DNA from: Octopus vulgaris
Taxonomy: Eukaryota
Length of the DNA stretch: 64,000 nt
Assembly: GCA_951406725.2 (NCBI GenBank)
Contig: OX597819.1
Span: 27,404,001 to 27,468,000, forward strand
Direction: 5' to 3'
Positions 40,251 through 54,873 of the stretch are shown here, piece by piece. A program made the translations under genes and the position numbers. The notes below the pieces were generated by a model that saw only the letters and a list, made by a program, of their open reading frames with translations, ran no database searches and was not told the DNA's origin. The number at the start of each line of letters is the position of its first letter. The first letter of the stretch is position 1.

Positions 40251-41457
40251 TTGGGTCATCCCATAAATAATGTGTATTTTTTCAATTGCATCGACTAAAA
40301 ATCGGAGGGGACAGGATAAACTACCTGCATCAACTTGCTATGAAAACAGGTAGTAATTCTACCTTGTACTTATTCTTAGTACAAGTTTTGAAGAGTGCAA
40401 TTCGATTTTAACAGTTATTTTTTCAAAGCTATAATGAAAGTAACGAAAGAGTATATTCAGCATGTTTTGTTTTTTGAGTTCAATAAAGGCAACAAAGCTA
40501 CGGAAAGTGCGATGAATATTAATGTAGTATATGGGGATCGAACAATAAGCGTAAGCCAGTGTCAACGGTGGTTCCAGAAATTCCGAGCTGGAAACTGCAG
40601 CCTAGATTTGTGGATCTCGACGAGGACGTCCTACAAACCTAGGTGGAACAAAATCCCATCGTAAACGTTGAGGAACCAGCAGAGAAGCTTGTCTTTGGTC
40701 ATTCAACCAATCATCGATACCTGTGCACCATCGAAAAATTCAGCAAATTGTGTCAATGGGTTCCTCACGAACTTTCCGAGTATAATCGCACACAGAGAGT
40801 GAATGTGTAATCTTATTTGCTGTCACGTCTCACGAATGAACCTTTTTGTTTACTAGTGACGACAAATGAGTTCTTTATAAAATTCTCAAGTGCCGAGACA
40901 GTAGGTAGGGGAAGGAGAAACACCGGTACCTCAGGCTAAAGAAGGTCTTCACCCACGTAAGGTATTGTTGTCTGGAGGGATATGTAAGGTTCAGTCCACT
41001 ATGAACTTTTGAACCCAAACCAAACGATATCAAAGGATATCTACTGCGAACAGCTTCAGCGGTTTCAAGACGAAAGATGATCTTTCATCGGGATAATGCT
41101 CGGCCACATATAGAGAGGATGACATTTCAAAGGCTGGAGCAGTTTGAATGAGAAAGGATGCCTCACCTACCATATTCGCCAGACATTGCTCCATCTGATT
41201 ATCATTTATTCTGTCTTTAAAATCATTTGGACGGAAAAAATATGAATTTTATAGACGAGGTCAGAACAGTACTGGAGGAGTATTTTTTGTCACGGACAAG
41301 TGAATTTTGGAAGAGGGGCCTTTGAAATCTACAGATAGATGGAAGAGCATTGTAGATAATGAAAGATAATATATTTTAGATTAAAAAAGAACTTTATCTT
41401 AATTTTGAAAAATAAAAGAAGTATAAAAAAAACCGCATTATTTATAGGATGACCCAA
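40251..41457 (+). mobile_element. Full-length mariner with TA TSD, transposase pseudogenised
   Basis: TA-TTGGGTCATCCCATAAATAATG ... CATTATTTATAGGATGACCCAA-TA; ATG at 40434; WVPHEL and YSPDIAPSDYHLF motifs; many stops. Confidence 0.95.
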
Positions 41458-41856
41458 TATATATATGAATAGCAGAGATGAAGAGAGAGGGAAATTATTA
41501 CTTATACAGCAATAGCTTATAAGCTCGGGAGTATCATGGAATGCGAAGGAATTGGAGAAATTGAAGTGACAAGAAAGGACAAAGAATTTGAATGAATGCG
41601 TACAAATATGTGTGTGTATCTGAGTGTATGATATGAATATGCGTGTGCATGCTTATGAGTATGTGTGTGTGGATTGTATATGTGTGTATGATGCGAGTGC
41701 ATGTGCAATTATAGCTTAGTGTATATGTGTGTACATTGTGAGATTATGAGAAAAGGAATGACCTTTTTGCGCGTGTGTACGCGTATGTATATGTATGTAT
41801 ATTGTGAGATTGCGTGCGTAAACTTAACCTGTTTACGTGTCTTTCTGTGTCTGCAC

Positions 41857-41930
<74 letters not shown>

Positions 41931-42209
41931 GTGTGTGTGTGGAAGCGAAGTTTAGAGGGGTTGGTGTTGAAGAAGGTTTATCCAACACAGAAGTTAGACA
42001 TAGGAATGGGTGTGTCTTGTAATTTTAAAAGTGCATGTAAAAGTGTAAAAGTGCATGTTAGATGGTTATAGGAAGGTATAGCTGGTTGCAAGGGAGAAGG
42101 CGGGTTGTGTTAGAATCTTTTTTTTTTTTATTTGTTTCAACCATTCGATTGCAGCCAAGGTGGGGCGCCATCTTGAAGAATATTCAGTCAGTCAAATGAG
42201 TCGATCCGA

Positions 42210-42450
42210 TTTCTGGCACTCCGTCGGTTACGACGACGAGGGTGGGTTGCAGTTGATCCGATCAACGGAACAACTTGCTCGTGAAATTAATGTGCAAGTG
42301 GCTGAGTGCTCCACAGACATGCGTACCCTTTGAAATATAGGTGCTACTAATTTTTGCTAGCTGTGTGGTCAGGTGTAACGTGTAATTAAGTGTGACAAAA
42401 CGCACCACCAGGAATCGAATTCACGACCATACGATCATGAGCCGTATGCT
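42210..42450 (-). mobile_element. SINE family C fragments
   Basis: Reverse complement of the tail and head of the 38918-39226 copy. Confidence 0.7.
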
Positions 42451-42479
42451 GGTGCCTCAACTTAAGTACCATATTCATC

Positions 42480-42699
42480 TGAACCGACCTCGTGTGTACC
42501 GTTGGCGATTTTTTTCCTCTGTCTTCCCTTCTCTGGATCTTTCCTTCTCTTATGTTTCCGACGAAGAGCTCCGCTCGAAACGTTAAACCCTCCTTCTTCC
42601 CTTCTTTCCTGAGCGTCCAATAATACTATAATTGTTCCACGTCCTCGCGTTGTTGTGTTTTTTTGTGTTTTTTTTTGTGTTTTATTGTTTGGATTAACT
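42480..42699 (+). mobile_element. Family D element with minimal HHR-like motif at 42554-42588
   Basis: GTTT-CCGACGAA-GAGC(tcc)GCTC-GAAACGTT-AAAC; identical motif in the 5799-5978 copy. Confidence 0.75.
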
Positions 42700-42789
42700 A
42701 TATATATATATATATATACACACACATATATATGCATACGTGTGTATAGGTGTATATATACATATATGTATTCGTTTATTGTTTTATTT

Positions 42790-43180
42790 GTATTTGTTTC
42801 AGTCATTTGACTGTGGCCATGCTGGAGCACCGACTTTAGTCGAGCAAATCAACTCCAGGACTTATTGTTTGTAAGCCTAGTACTTATTCTATCGGGATCT
42901 TTTGCCGAACCACTAAGTTACGGGTAGGTAAACGCACCTACATCGGTTGTCAAGCGATAGTGGGGGAACAAACAGACACAAAATCATACACACACGCACA
43001 TATATATATATCTATTTATATATATATATATACGACAGGCATCTTTCAGTTTCCGTCTACCAAATCCACTCACAAGGTTTTGGTCGGCCCGTGGCTATAG
43101 TAGAAGACACTTGCCCAAGTTGTCACGCAGTGGGACGAACCCGGAATCATGTGACTGGTAAGCAAGCTACTTACCACACA
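42790..43180 (-). mobile_element. SINE family B
   Basis: Matches 27374-27763. Confidence 0.88.
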
Positions 43181-43325
43181 CATACATGCACACACACAAA
43201 CACACACACACACACATACACACATAAACACATATGTCCTGCACGCATATATGCATATATATATCTAGATAGATAGATAATCCTGTGTCCATATAAGCAT
43301 CTCCCTGTCTCTATCTGTCTCTCTT

Positions 43326-43358
<33 letters not shown>

Positions 43359-43419
43359 TATTTATGTTATTATTTGATTGGACGCCACGCATCCATTTCC
43401 AAGTAAGTTTATCTTAACA

Positions 43420-43930
43420 TTTTTGATGCGACTCGATCAGGCCGTCCGTTGACCTCCCAAATAAATGAAAACATCATGAAAATTCATAAACTGATCTTGG
43501 AGGACCGTCACCGAAAAATTGATGAATTTGTTGATATGAATGGTGTGTTACTGAGCTGCTGCCAGCTAAATTTGAACGAAGAATTGCTCAGGAAGTGTGA
43601 TACAGCTTTTAACCAAAAATGGAATAATTTTGCTTACCCACCCTCCCTATTCGCCCTGCGAATATTTTTTAGTTCCCCCGAATGAAAAACGCCCTTAAAT
43701 GAAAACGTTTTGCAGATGTGGAAGAGATAAAGAAAAAAAGCGATAGAGGCGTTAAAGGTATCACTTCGCAAGAGTTCCAGTACTGGTTCCAAGAGAGGAA
43801 AACGCGTCTGGACTGATGCATTGCTTCAGATGGAGAGTACTTTGAAAGCGATAAAAGTATAAGCATGTATAACTAAATGGATAAAATAATATTTCAAAAT
43901 TCCGGTTTCTTTTGGGTACCGCCTCGCATA
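43420..43930 (+). mobile_element. Deleted mariner (irritans-like) remnant
   Basis: DATRSGRPLTS..NENIMKIHKLILEDR; KRFADVEEIK; CIASDGEYFE; right TIR-like AATTCCGGTTTCTTTGGGTACCGCCTCG. Confidence 0.8.
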
Positions 43931-44224
43931 GCGTCTAATTTGAAAGAGACTACGCTGCTATTTGTAACGGGATCACGCGATCACACGGTGGTTCACTGTA
44001 TGTTAATCATCAACTCACAACTCGGTCAATGTGTTAGTAATTAACGCAACCACCAGGTGTCCAACTCTACACAACGATTCCCAATATTGGTGATCATTAA
44101 ATAGGGGATGAGATCATACATTATTTTCTGTGTATTATCTTACACGTATTTGTGAAACTATTTAAAAATGTGTCAGGGCACCTGTGTAAGTGTTCGATTC
44201 CCTCCCTCCCCCTTCTCTCTCTCA

Positions 44225-44284
<60 letters not shown>

Positions 44285-45886
44285 ACGTGTGTATACGTGT
44301 TTGTGAGTGCATTTGCGTATTCATTTATATTTTTTAAATTTTGCTTTTCTCATAAGTTCAAGCTTCTTGAATAGTAACACTGAGTTCCACGTTTCTGATT
44401 AGTCTAACGATCTAAGTAATCAGAAACGTAAAATTCGGAAGCACTTTTCAAAGCATATGTACATAAACAACAGCAGGTGTAGTTGTGTGGTAAGAAGCTA
44501 AATTCAAAGGAAAAATCTCAAAGAAAAAAAAAAGAAAAATGGAACATTGTCGTGTTCCGAAGCATCTTTGGTGGGAGTTGTGCCACCAAAGATGGAAACT
44601 GTACACCCCATGATACGGAGGAGGAATTTGTGGTCCTCTTCTATAAGGGAGAAACATTTGTCAAGCAGCTTAAAATGAAGGGCCGAAGAGAGGAGATTCT
44701 GTCCTCCACGGAGGACCCTGACTGGCTTTCGCAGGTGACTGCGAAGGTCATGAGGGAGAACGACCTGTTCAGGATAATGGACTCCTTCCTCGAGGATACC
44801 TTCAGATTTATGCTAAATTGGCCCGACTTGGCGTCGTCCAGGTGTTTGGCTGAGGCGAGTAATCTGGTCGGATAGGAAGATTGTTTCATTGATTTATAAT
44901 GGACTTCTTGTAAGAGATTTATTGCCTCACAATGGCTTTTTATGTCGTAAATGTAAGAGGTATATTGCCTCCTTGATGGTTTACCATGTAAGAGGTTTGT
45001 GACATCAATATGGTATTTGTACAGAACAATATGCTCGGGTAAACAGCAATCGGCGGGCGTTGCTGTTGCCCTCATTATTATCATATCGCCAATCATTTCA
45101 TCTCATTATGTCCGTATCCAGCCCGCAGCTTCCTTTCTTTGTGAGGCCCTTGTGGCCAATTGAATGAATAAAAGAAGCTAAATTCCCAATTACATCCTTC
45201 CGGGTTCAGTCTCTTTGATTGGCATCTTGAGCAAATGTCTTCTAATATAGTGGATAGAATACAGCAGAAGAGGACGACACGCCTTCGATGTTACAGTTAA
45301 AAGAATTCTAGTTATAAGTATCTTATTTATTAGGGCTATGAAGGAATAGATAATGAGGCGTTCTTACTTTGAAACGCTGAATTATGATTTGAGATAAATT
45401 TTACTACTATATCTAGCAGGCCAACTAAAGGCATAGGTCTTCCTTCGAGCTCTTTTGTCTGTGAAGCTATATGGTAATATTGCTTGAGGAATATGCAAAT
45501 AATCTGGTAGTAAACCACACCGAAAATCTTCAGGAAATATAGATAAGAATGGCTGGTCATAAATAAATATGATGTAGACGTTTAGCATTTTATCTTTAAG
45601 AGATTCGCGCATGTTAATTTATCTCCTTAAGTATATATATACATACACACACGTACACATACACACACACGCACACACACATATATATATATATATGTAT
45701 ATATATACATATACACATATACACATATACATACATACGAATACAAATACGTATATACATACATATACACATACACATTCATACGTATATACAATCATGC
45801 ACATATACGTATACACACACATATATATGTATGTATATATATATATATTTATATAGATATATATATATGTATATATATATATATGT

Positions 45887-45967
<81 letters not shown>

Positions 45968-46664
45968 CATGCATGTATATATTTATATAACCTACGCTCA
46001 CACTCACTGACAGAGAGCGAGCAAGAGAGAGAAATTAAATAAATGCATTTATACAGAGACAGATGATACATATTTGTAGAGAGAGAATAAATATAATGAT
46101 ACAGAATAGATTACTAACAAATTCCGAAACAATACTTCTATAGGCTATCACAATTGGAGATTGAAATCTGCTCAGATACTACAACCGACTTTTCCAACCC
46201 AGAGGAACACATCCTCATTTTTCCCTGTCCCCATCTCCTAAATTGGAATTTCTAGTACGAAGGGAAGAATGTTTATAGGAGTCGGAATTTTTATATATAT
46301 TTCGCTCAGCACAGCGATACTAATAATTTGGTGTTAGGACTCCATGTACACAAAGTTCAGAAAAAAGGTGTTTGTCGAATACAGAGCTTAACGAGGAGAA
46401 ACGAAAAAGCTATCCTCAAACCTAAAACTTGACTGGTCCCAATGCTTGTAATGGAGTGGATTCCGGTAAAGACACCCAAAGCACCAGGTGGTTGTGTTAA
46501 ACGAGAGGGCTTCTTAAGTCTACCCACCCAAGTAAGCAACAACGACAGTTTTTTTTTACCTTCTGAGAACAAAATATGCCGGGGCTAACTTTACTTTGCA
46601 TTAAAATGATCCTGTGATCCGACTTTAAAATTCCCACCGAAGGTGACTGTGTAATTAGCGTGCT

Positions 46665-47060
46665 TACGAACCACATGGTTCCGGGTTCAGTCCCACTGCG
46701 TGGCACCTTGGGCAAGTGTCTTCTACAATAGCCACGAGCCGACCAATGCCTTGTGAGTGGATTTGGTAGACGGAAACTGAAAGAAACCCGTCGTATATAT
46801 GTATATATATGTATATATATATGTGTGTATGTGTGTGTGTGTGTGTATGATTTTGTGCCTGTGTTTGCTCCTCCACCATCGCTTGACAACCGATGTAGGT
46901 ACGTTTACGTCCCCGAAACTTAGCGGTTCCGCAAAAGATTCCGATAGAATAAGTACTAGGCTTACAAAGAAAAAGTTCTGGGGGCGATTTGCTCGACTAA
47001 AGGCGGTGCTCTAGCATGGCCACAGTCACATGACTGAAACAAATAAAAGAGTAAAGAGTA
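46665..47060 (+). mobile_element. SINE family B (5'-truncated)
   Basis: Matches 54421-54828. Confidence 0.9.
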
Positions 47061-47071
47061 CACGCACACAT

Positions 47072-47150
<79 letters not shown>

Positions 47151-47340
47151 TCCCTACATATTTTTTCTCTCTCCGTTTGTTTCGTTCTCTCTCGATGTTT
47201 TCCCTCTCAATCCTTTCTGTCGAAGAGCGTAGGCTAGAAGCGTCAAAGACTTTTCCATTCTTTCCAAGCATCAAATTAATACACCTGCTTGTTGTTCCCT
47301 CACCTATCTTCGTCTTTTGTTTTCTATAATTTTGAACTGC

Positions 47341-47434
<94 letters not shown>

Positions 47435-47634
47435 ATATATATATAATATTTACTTTCGACATATGTTTCGAAGACTGCATATTCTTAATTCCAAAATAAT
47501 GTTAGATTATATTATATCATATATAATCGGCGAGCTGGCAGAAACGTTAGCACGCCGGGCGAAATGCGTAGCCGTATTTCGTCTGTCGTAGAATTTGATA
47601 AAATTCGCTCGACTCCATTCATTTCATTTATTCA

Positions 47635-47688
<54 letters not shown>

Positions 47689-47789
47689 TGTATGTATGTA
47701 TGTATGTATGTATGTATGTATGTATGTATGTATTATACAATATTATGTTATGTTAGATTATATAATATTATATATTTCGAATTATCTTG

Positions 47790-48100
47790 AAATGAGTTAA
47801 TTCCACCACGATTTGGAGTGAACGAAATAGTCGTAGAATTCGTTGCACAAGTTCCGCTAGGCCTGGCATGTCGCAAGGTCTTCGGACAACAGAGTGACCC
47901 GTGCAGCTGCCGAGTAGTATCCAAGAGATCGGAAAAGGTCACGTGGAAGTCTCCACGTCGATGGAAAGCCGATTTAATTAAGCAATTTGCGTCAAGTTGT
48001 AAAAGAATGTTACAATCAAGTCAGAATTAGAAGCGCATTGTGACCAGCGGTGTACAAAAGCCACTGATAGTCTGAACGACACTGAGATACTGTGATGTTA
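47790..48100 (+). mobile_element. RTE-1-like LINE 3' end
   Basis: HKFR*AWHVARSSDNRVTRAAAE*YPRDRKRSRG..RRWKAD matches the WAGHVAR..DNRWT...EW.PR..KR..GRP..RW signature. Confidence 0.82.
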
Positions 48101-48723
48101 TATTGTGTCACATTATGTATATTATATCATATTATATGACATACATACAAATAGACAGGCAGACAGGCCTGTCTGTAGGTGTGTGTTTGTATATGTGTGT
48201 GTTTTTTCGCGTCGCCGTGTATTTCTGTATGTACATGCCGGGCTTCCACACACGTCAAATTCACTTCTTCCATCAAAGTCTCTCACAAGACTTCGGTCGA
48301 TCTGGGTGGTACAAGCTACTTGCCTAAGGAGCCGCGCGGTGGGAGTGAAACCCCAAAATCACGTAGCTGAGAGTTAAACAGACGAGACCAAATTGTAGAC
48401 GAGAACACATATAGGGGACATAAAATGCGATTCCATTTTTACCGTTTTCTTTCTTCAAATTTTATAGGGTTTTTTTTTTTTTTCATATTGTGGGTTTTCT
48501 TTTAGCTCCTAATTTCTCTTTGCAAACATACTGTTTATTTGTTTTTTTTAGTTTAATATCTTCTATGTGTTTATTATATATAACCACATTGTTGAGCTGA
48601 CTGGCAGAACGGATTGAACGATTGATTATACGCCTTGTGGCATATTAACCTTATGTCCCTTTCCATTCTGATTTGAAACCACCCCCCAAATCAACTTTAT
48701 CCTTCATCCTTTCTAATACATGT

Positions 48724-48792
<69 letters not shown>

Positions 48793-49363
48793 GAAGAGGC
48801 AATCAAGAACTGGGTCAATATAATCGACCATTCTTTTCCTAGCAAAAAATATAAATAAAAGAAAATGACAGGCGACATAAGATTTATTATATGTGAATAG
48901 ATATTTAATATTATTATGCATATATATATATATATATATATATATTAATCATTTAATGTCTTCAAAAGCATTATTATTTTCTTCCATGAATTACTTATTC
49001 GTTATATAATTTATCTTGCATTATAGCAAGATAGCTCAAAATGTCATGATGGTTCTTGACAGTTCTTCCACCCTCTAACTCAAACGAGCGTTGACATAGG
49101 TATGACACAGGCATAGGGTGACATAGCTACGTATAGTTTATATATTAATATAATGATAATAATATATATAAAGCTAGTGTTTATGTTCATATATCTTTTT
49201 CGACCCAGTCGTCTTTATCTTTCTATGTATTATCGTTCTGAACGTGAATATATATGAGTTTTTTCTTTTTGTTTTTTTTTTAGCACTCTGCTCAGAATCT
49301 TTACGAAGGAATATATCTCCGTTGCGCTTGGAAAGTGCTCCTTACCAGAGTTAGTGATACGCA

Positions 49364-49405
<42 letters not shown>

Positions 49406-49695
49406 ACACACACACACACAAGCACACACACACACACACACACACAAGCACACGCACAAACACACACACAAACACACACACACACACACATACAAGCACA
49501 CGCACAAACACACACACACTCATGCACACATAAATATATACATATATATATACATACGTACATATATATATAGAGAGAGACACATATACAATTGCAAGTA
49601 TACACACTAATAGATAGATAGATACATACATACATACATACATACATACATACATACATGTATTGGTGTGCGCAGACATGCGCACACATTATTGC

Positions 49696-49750
<55 letters not shown>

Positions 49751-49867
49751 CATATATACATATAATACGTATTCAAGTATATATGTATGTATATGTATGT
49801 ATTCATATATAGATAGATACATTTGTATGTATGCATATTATATATATATGTGTGTGTGTGTGTATGA

Positions 49868-49905
<38 letters not shown>

Positions 49906-50070
49906 GGGGGGGGTATGTATGTATGTATATATATATATATATATTTATAGAAGCACATACACAATGCAGATGAAGATATTGAAAAATTATAACAAGTAAA
50001 CAAAAGAATATTAGAATACATATATAGACATTCTTACACTTGACTCTTTGTGTCTCTCTCTACCTTTCTT

Positions 50071-50111
<41 letters not shown>

Positions 50112-50486
50112 ATCCCTCTCACTCAATCTCTTTCTGTATATGTAATATGTAGCTGTTTGTGTGTACGCGCGCGCGTGTGTGTGCAAGTGGGCGCGCGCCT
50201 GTGTGCGTTTGTGTGTGTTTGTGTATGTCTATGTATGTGTGTGTGGTGTGGTATGCGTGCGTGTATATATGTAAGTATGTAAATACATAAACAAATGGTG
50301 TTTTCTGCCTGAATGCAAGTCATGCAATCTTATGTTTTATATATATAACTGTTTTATATATGATTTATATATATATAAATATATAACAAATAACAAATCC
50401 TATTTTAATATAAATCTTTGAATTTCATGATAGACAGTTGCAAAGAAGGTAAACACACACACACACATACACAGGTATATATATAC

Positions 50487-50575
<89 letters not shown>

Positions 50576-50678
50576 CTACTTCAATTACATGGTTACGACT
50601 CTTCAAATTTCATATTCCTGATATTTGCGCGCGCTCGTATGTGTGAGTATTGTGTGTATCTGTATGTGTGTGTGTGTG

Positions 50679-50737
<59 letters not shown>

Positions 50738-51258
50738 TATACGCACACATACGTTTGATATATCTAAGAGGTAAATCGGATTACGCTCCATAGATCATAA
50801 GAACCAATTAGTTTTATAAGTATAGATATTTTTTAAGGAATGAAATATTTCCTTGTTTGGAATTAATTTATATGATTCTGTAATGTGTGTGTGTGTGTGT
50901 GTGTGTCTGTGTGTTGGTGTGTGTGTGTTTATAGATGTATGTGCATATGTGTGCGTATGTATGAGGAGGGGAGTGTCTGTGTTTACATGCGTGCGCTTAA
51001 AATTAATTGGAATGGGTCTTTGTTGGTGGTAATGTCGGGTATATCACCTGATATGCAATCTACCTCGGAACAAAAAATATATTACTTGATTTAGTAATTT
51101 ACTCACACACACGCAGATCAAACATAAATACATATATGGATATATATATATATATACCGTATTATCACTCACACCGGTATATATATTTATATATATGTAC
51201 CGGTATATATATATATATATATATATGTACGGTATATATATATATATATATATGTACC

Positions 51259-51320
<62 letters not shown>

Positions 51321-52394
51321 TACATACATACATACATACATACATACATACATACATTCATACATACATACATATGAATATATGTATGTATATATATATA
51401 TATATATATATATAAAACTATGTAAACGGAACTTTAATAACAGTTACAAGTGTTATAGAAAAGCGTAAACACAGAAAAAACGGAAATGCATTTAAAACGA
51501 GACGTATAGAGTACATTTACTTCTTTAGATCCAAAGAATAATATCAACTCAACGGCTCCTTACTAATGTGGCTAGAAACTGTAGTTGACTTAACACCATG
51601 CGGTGTATCGATGAAACTGCAATCTAATAATCATCGGTACAAATACATGCAATTTATGTTTCGCAGAGAAATACAATATCTTTGATTCAATGATGTAATA
51701 CGTAAAAGTAAAAGTAAAAGAAATGTATAGAATTTCTTCCTGTGAAAACTATACAACTGCAAATTGGTACTCAATGCCATCATTGTCTTGGATCGTTTGT
51801 CAAGGAACCCAGCATCGCGTTTGCGATTTAAGCACTGCTCCACCATTGGCTTCTTCTTCGTATTATCACTCACACCCTGAATATTAACAGCAATTCCAGT
51901 ATAGATATTATCATTATGAATAGTACTTCCAGTATCTCTTCGGTTATTATTATCGCCATCAACATCATCAGCAAAAAGAGCAACCTTTACTATTACTAAT
52001 GACACCACTGTCACCGTCATCACCATCAAAATCAACGCCAACAGCAACAGTAGCAATAATGCACGACATCAATAAGACTGATCGACCAGCCGGAAACAGA
52101 AAGTATCTTGATTAAATCAAATCTTCTCAAACAAGGACAGATACACCGTGGGTAATGCAATCTTATATAGTTCTATAAAAAAAAAACTGGATGGTCACCG
52201 CTCGAACGTCGTTGTCACGCCAAAACATCAACAAAATAACATAATTACCCATGTAACTATCACCACCACCACATTCACCACCTCAGTTACTCCTATACCA
52301 TGAAAAACAACAGCACCAACTGCCATTAAAACCATCATACATGCCATGAGCATTACAATTATTATACACACACACACACACGCATATATATATA

Positions 52395-53705
52395 AACCTT
52401 TCCATAAGCCTAATGAGAAACTCGAATATATACATAAACAGTCTTGTCACCCTTCTGCAGTATTTAAAAACATGATAGCTAATATTAGTAAGAGTATCTA
52501 ACCTCTCTTCTTCCAAAGAAATTTTCGAGAAAGCTGCTCCTATCATAACAAGGCCCTAGCCAATAGTGGCTTCAAAGATAAATTAATATATAATCCCTCT
52601 AATAATAATCAAAATATTAATAACAGATCTAGTGGTATCAAAGATAAAGTAGTATATAACCACTCTAGTATTAACCAGATTAATAAGAAACCCCAAAACA
52701 GGCTAAGGAAAAGTATTTAGTTTGCACCTCCCTTTTCTCTTAATAAAAACTAACATTGGTAAAAGATATCTGCCTCTCCTAGACAAACACTTTCCAGCCA
52801 CTCACTGATAGAGGAAAATATTTAATAGGCGTTCTGTGAAATTATCATATAGCTGCTTTCCAAATAGGAAAAGAATCATTACACGTGGTCAATACCAAGA
52901 GCCTAAATCCAGTTGCAACTGTCGCCACCCAGGATCTTGTCCACTTGACCAACGATGTATGACTAAATCTATTATATACGAGGCAGAAGTTACTGCAACC
53001 ATAAATAATAATACAACTGATAAGAAGACCTATACTGGATTATGTGATGGTAAATTTAAAACTCTCTATGCCAATCACATAGCCTCCTTCCGACATAAGG
53101 ATAAAAGTAAAGCTAAGTTGGCTAGTTACGTATGGACTTTGAAAGATAACGAAACAGCGCATGTGATTAAATGGAAAATAATTGAGAAATCCATACCTTA
53201 TGTGAATGGATCAAATAAATGTTGACTGTGTTTGGCTGAAAGATCGCAGATCCTGTTCAGATCTAAGATCCCTATCTCTCTTTTGAACTCCAGGTCAGAA
53301 GTCTTCAGTGGTTGCATGCATATGTATAAATATATTTTGAAGAATTGGAAAATTTCCACCTGTTCCTGACTGACTTGATATCTTTCCAGCCTTATCATTT
53401 AAGGTCTAACGAGAATATTTCTTTTACCTTTTTACTTCTTATTTTTTACATTTTAGTTTTTGTTTTTGGTTTCCCGTTTAATGTCTGTGTTTTCTATATG
53501 CTGCCTTCCCAGCTTTTCGCGTTGCTTATATTGTTCAATTTCTTTAGTTCGTTATGATATGTGGTTTGCGCCTGAAGAATATGTTTATGTTTTCTCATCA
53601 TATGAAATTATTAGTGGCGCTTTAATACATGTATTATGACCTTTACATAAATAATATTTATCTCTCACCAGATGGAGTACTTTTTGTTGAACTTTCTTCA
53701 CTGAT
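52395..53705 (+). mobile_element. Penelope-like element, Naiad-type (RT thumb, GIY-YIG, 3' region with HHR), degenerate
   Basis: FAPPFS..TNIGK..LLDKHFP..KIFNRRSVKLSYSCFPN; CNCRHPGSCPL (CxCx5C); IIYEA..TYTG; LASYVWTLK; C*LC; LLNSRSE..CMH; bounded by (TA)n. Confidence 0.9.
53568..53620 (+). ncRNA. Decayed hammerhead ribozyme in PLE 3' region
   Basis: GCGC-CTGAAGA-ATATG...CATAT-GAAA-TTATTAGT-G-GCGC; GUG triplet is non-cleavable. Confidence 0.7.
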
Positions 53706-53834
53706 CTATATATATATATATATACATACATATGTATATAACTTTGACGAAAGCTGCATAAATTTTTTAGATCGTTCAACTTTTCTCAACTGATCAATAG
53801 ACCAAATATGTAATGGCCACTATTTCTACCTTGA

Positions 53835-53906
<72 letters not shown>

Positions 53907-53944
53907 TACATACATACATATATCATAACACAGATGGGTTGTGG

Positions 53945-54029
53945 TTCACTACAGCTATTTCAGATGTGTTCTTTATTACTGAATAAAAGTGTTACAGCAT
54001 GGGGAAAAAAACCGTTTACATCAGGTGAA
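53945..54029 (-). ncRNA. Decayed hammerhead ribozyme
   Basis: Minus strand TTCAC-CTGATGT...CATCT-GAAAT-AGCT-GTA-GTGAA; 5-bp stem I, A9 mutated, eroded stem II. Confidence 0.55.
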
Positions 54030-54420
54030 TACAGGTAAGAATCAGAAATAAGAACTTCTTGCAAAACAGGTCATAGAGTCAGATGACCCACCCGACCTGA
54101 TTTCGGCAGGAGATTAAGTAGCTTAAGCTGTTACTAAGTTTATATGGAAGAACTCGTTAAAAGACCCGGAACTGAGAGAAGGTTGGGGAAGAAGTAGAAG
54201 GAAGTGGAGAGAGAAAATGAAGAGTAAAAGGAGAGGAAGGTATATCGTTCGACCTTGTAAGGATTACCAGATGAAACTGCTGGTTGTAAATAAAATTCAG
54301 ATTTTTTTTTTTCTAAAACAGTTGTATGTGTGTATCTTGTGTTTGTGTTTGTGTTTGTCCCTGCCGCTTGGTAGCCATATTTAGGGTATTCAGCGGAAGA
54401 AATTGAGAGAATAAGTAACA

Positions 54421-54826
54421 GGCGCAGGAGTGGCTGTGTGGTAAGTAGCTTGCTAACCAACCACATGGTTCCGGGTTCAGTCCCACTGCGTGGCATCTTG
54501 GGCAAGTGTCTTCTGCTATAGCCCCGGACCGACTAATGCCTTGTGAGTGGATTTGGTAGGCGGAAACTGAAAGAAGCCCGTCGTATATATGTATATATAT
54601 ATATGTGTATGTATGTGTGTGTTTGTGTGTCTGTGTTTGTCCCCCTAGCATTGCTTGACAACCGATGCTGGTGTGTTTACGGACCCGTAACTTAGCGGTT
54701 CGGCAAAAAGGGACCGATAGAATAAGTACTGGGCTTACAAAAAGAATAAGTCCCGGGGTCGAGTTGCTCGACTAAAGGCGGTGCTCCAGCATGGCCGCAG
54801 TCAAATGACTGAAACAAGTAAAAGAG

Positions 54827-54828
<2 letters not shown>
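54421..54828 (+). mobile_element. SINE family B, full-length young copy
   Basis: GGCGCAGGAGTGGCTGTGTGG head, GGGTTCAGTCCC B-box-like, microsatellite, tail GACTGAAACAAGTAAAAGAG. Confidence 0.93.
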
Positions 54829-54857
<29 letters not shown>

Positions 54858-54873
54858 GACGTAAAAATAAGTA

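Noticed and set aside
53220-53231. In-frame TGA in C*LC of the Naiad endonuclease as selenocysteine (some Naiads are selenoproteins)
   Set aside because: The TGA is at the variable position (Arg in the other copy, CRLC), consistent with CGA>TGA decay; conserved Cys codons are TGY; no convincing SECIS seen
54798-54825. SINE B tail AGTCA-AA-TGACT-GAAACAAGTA resembling a hammerhead 3' half
   Set aside because: No CUGANGA-like segment or stem I upstream in well-preserved copies; more simply a LINE-recognition stem-loop
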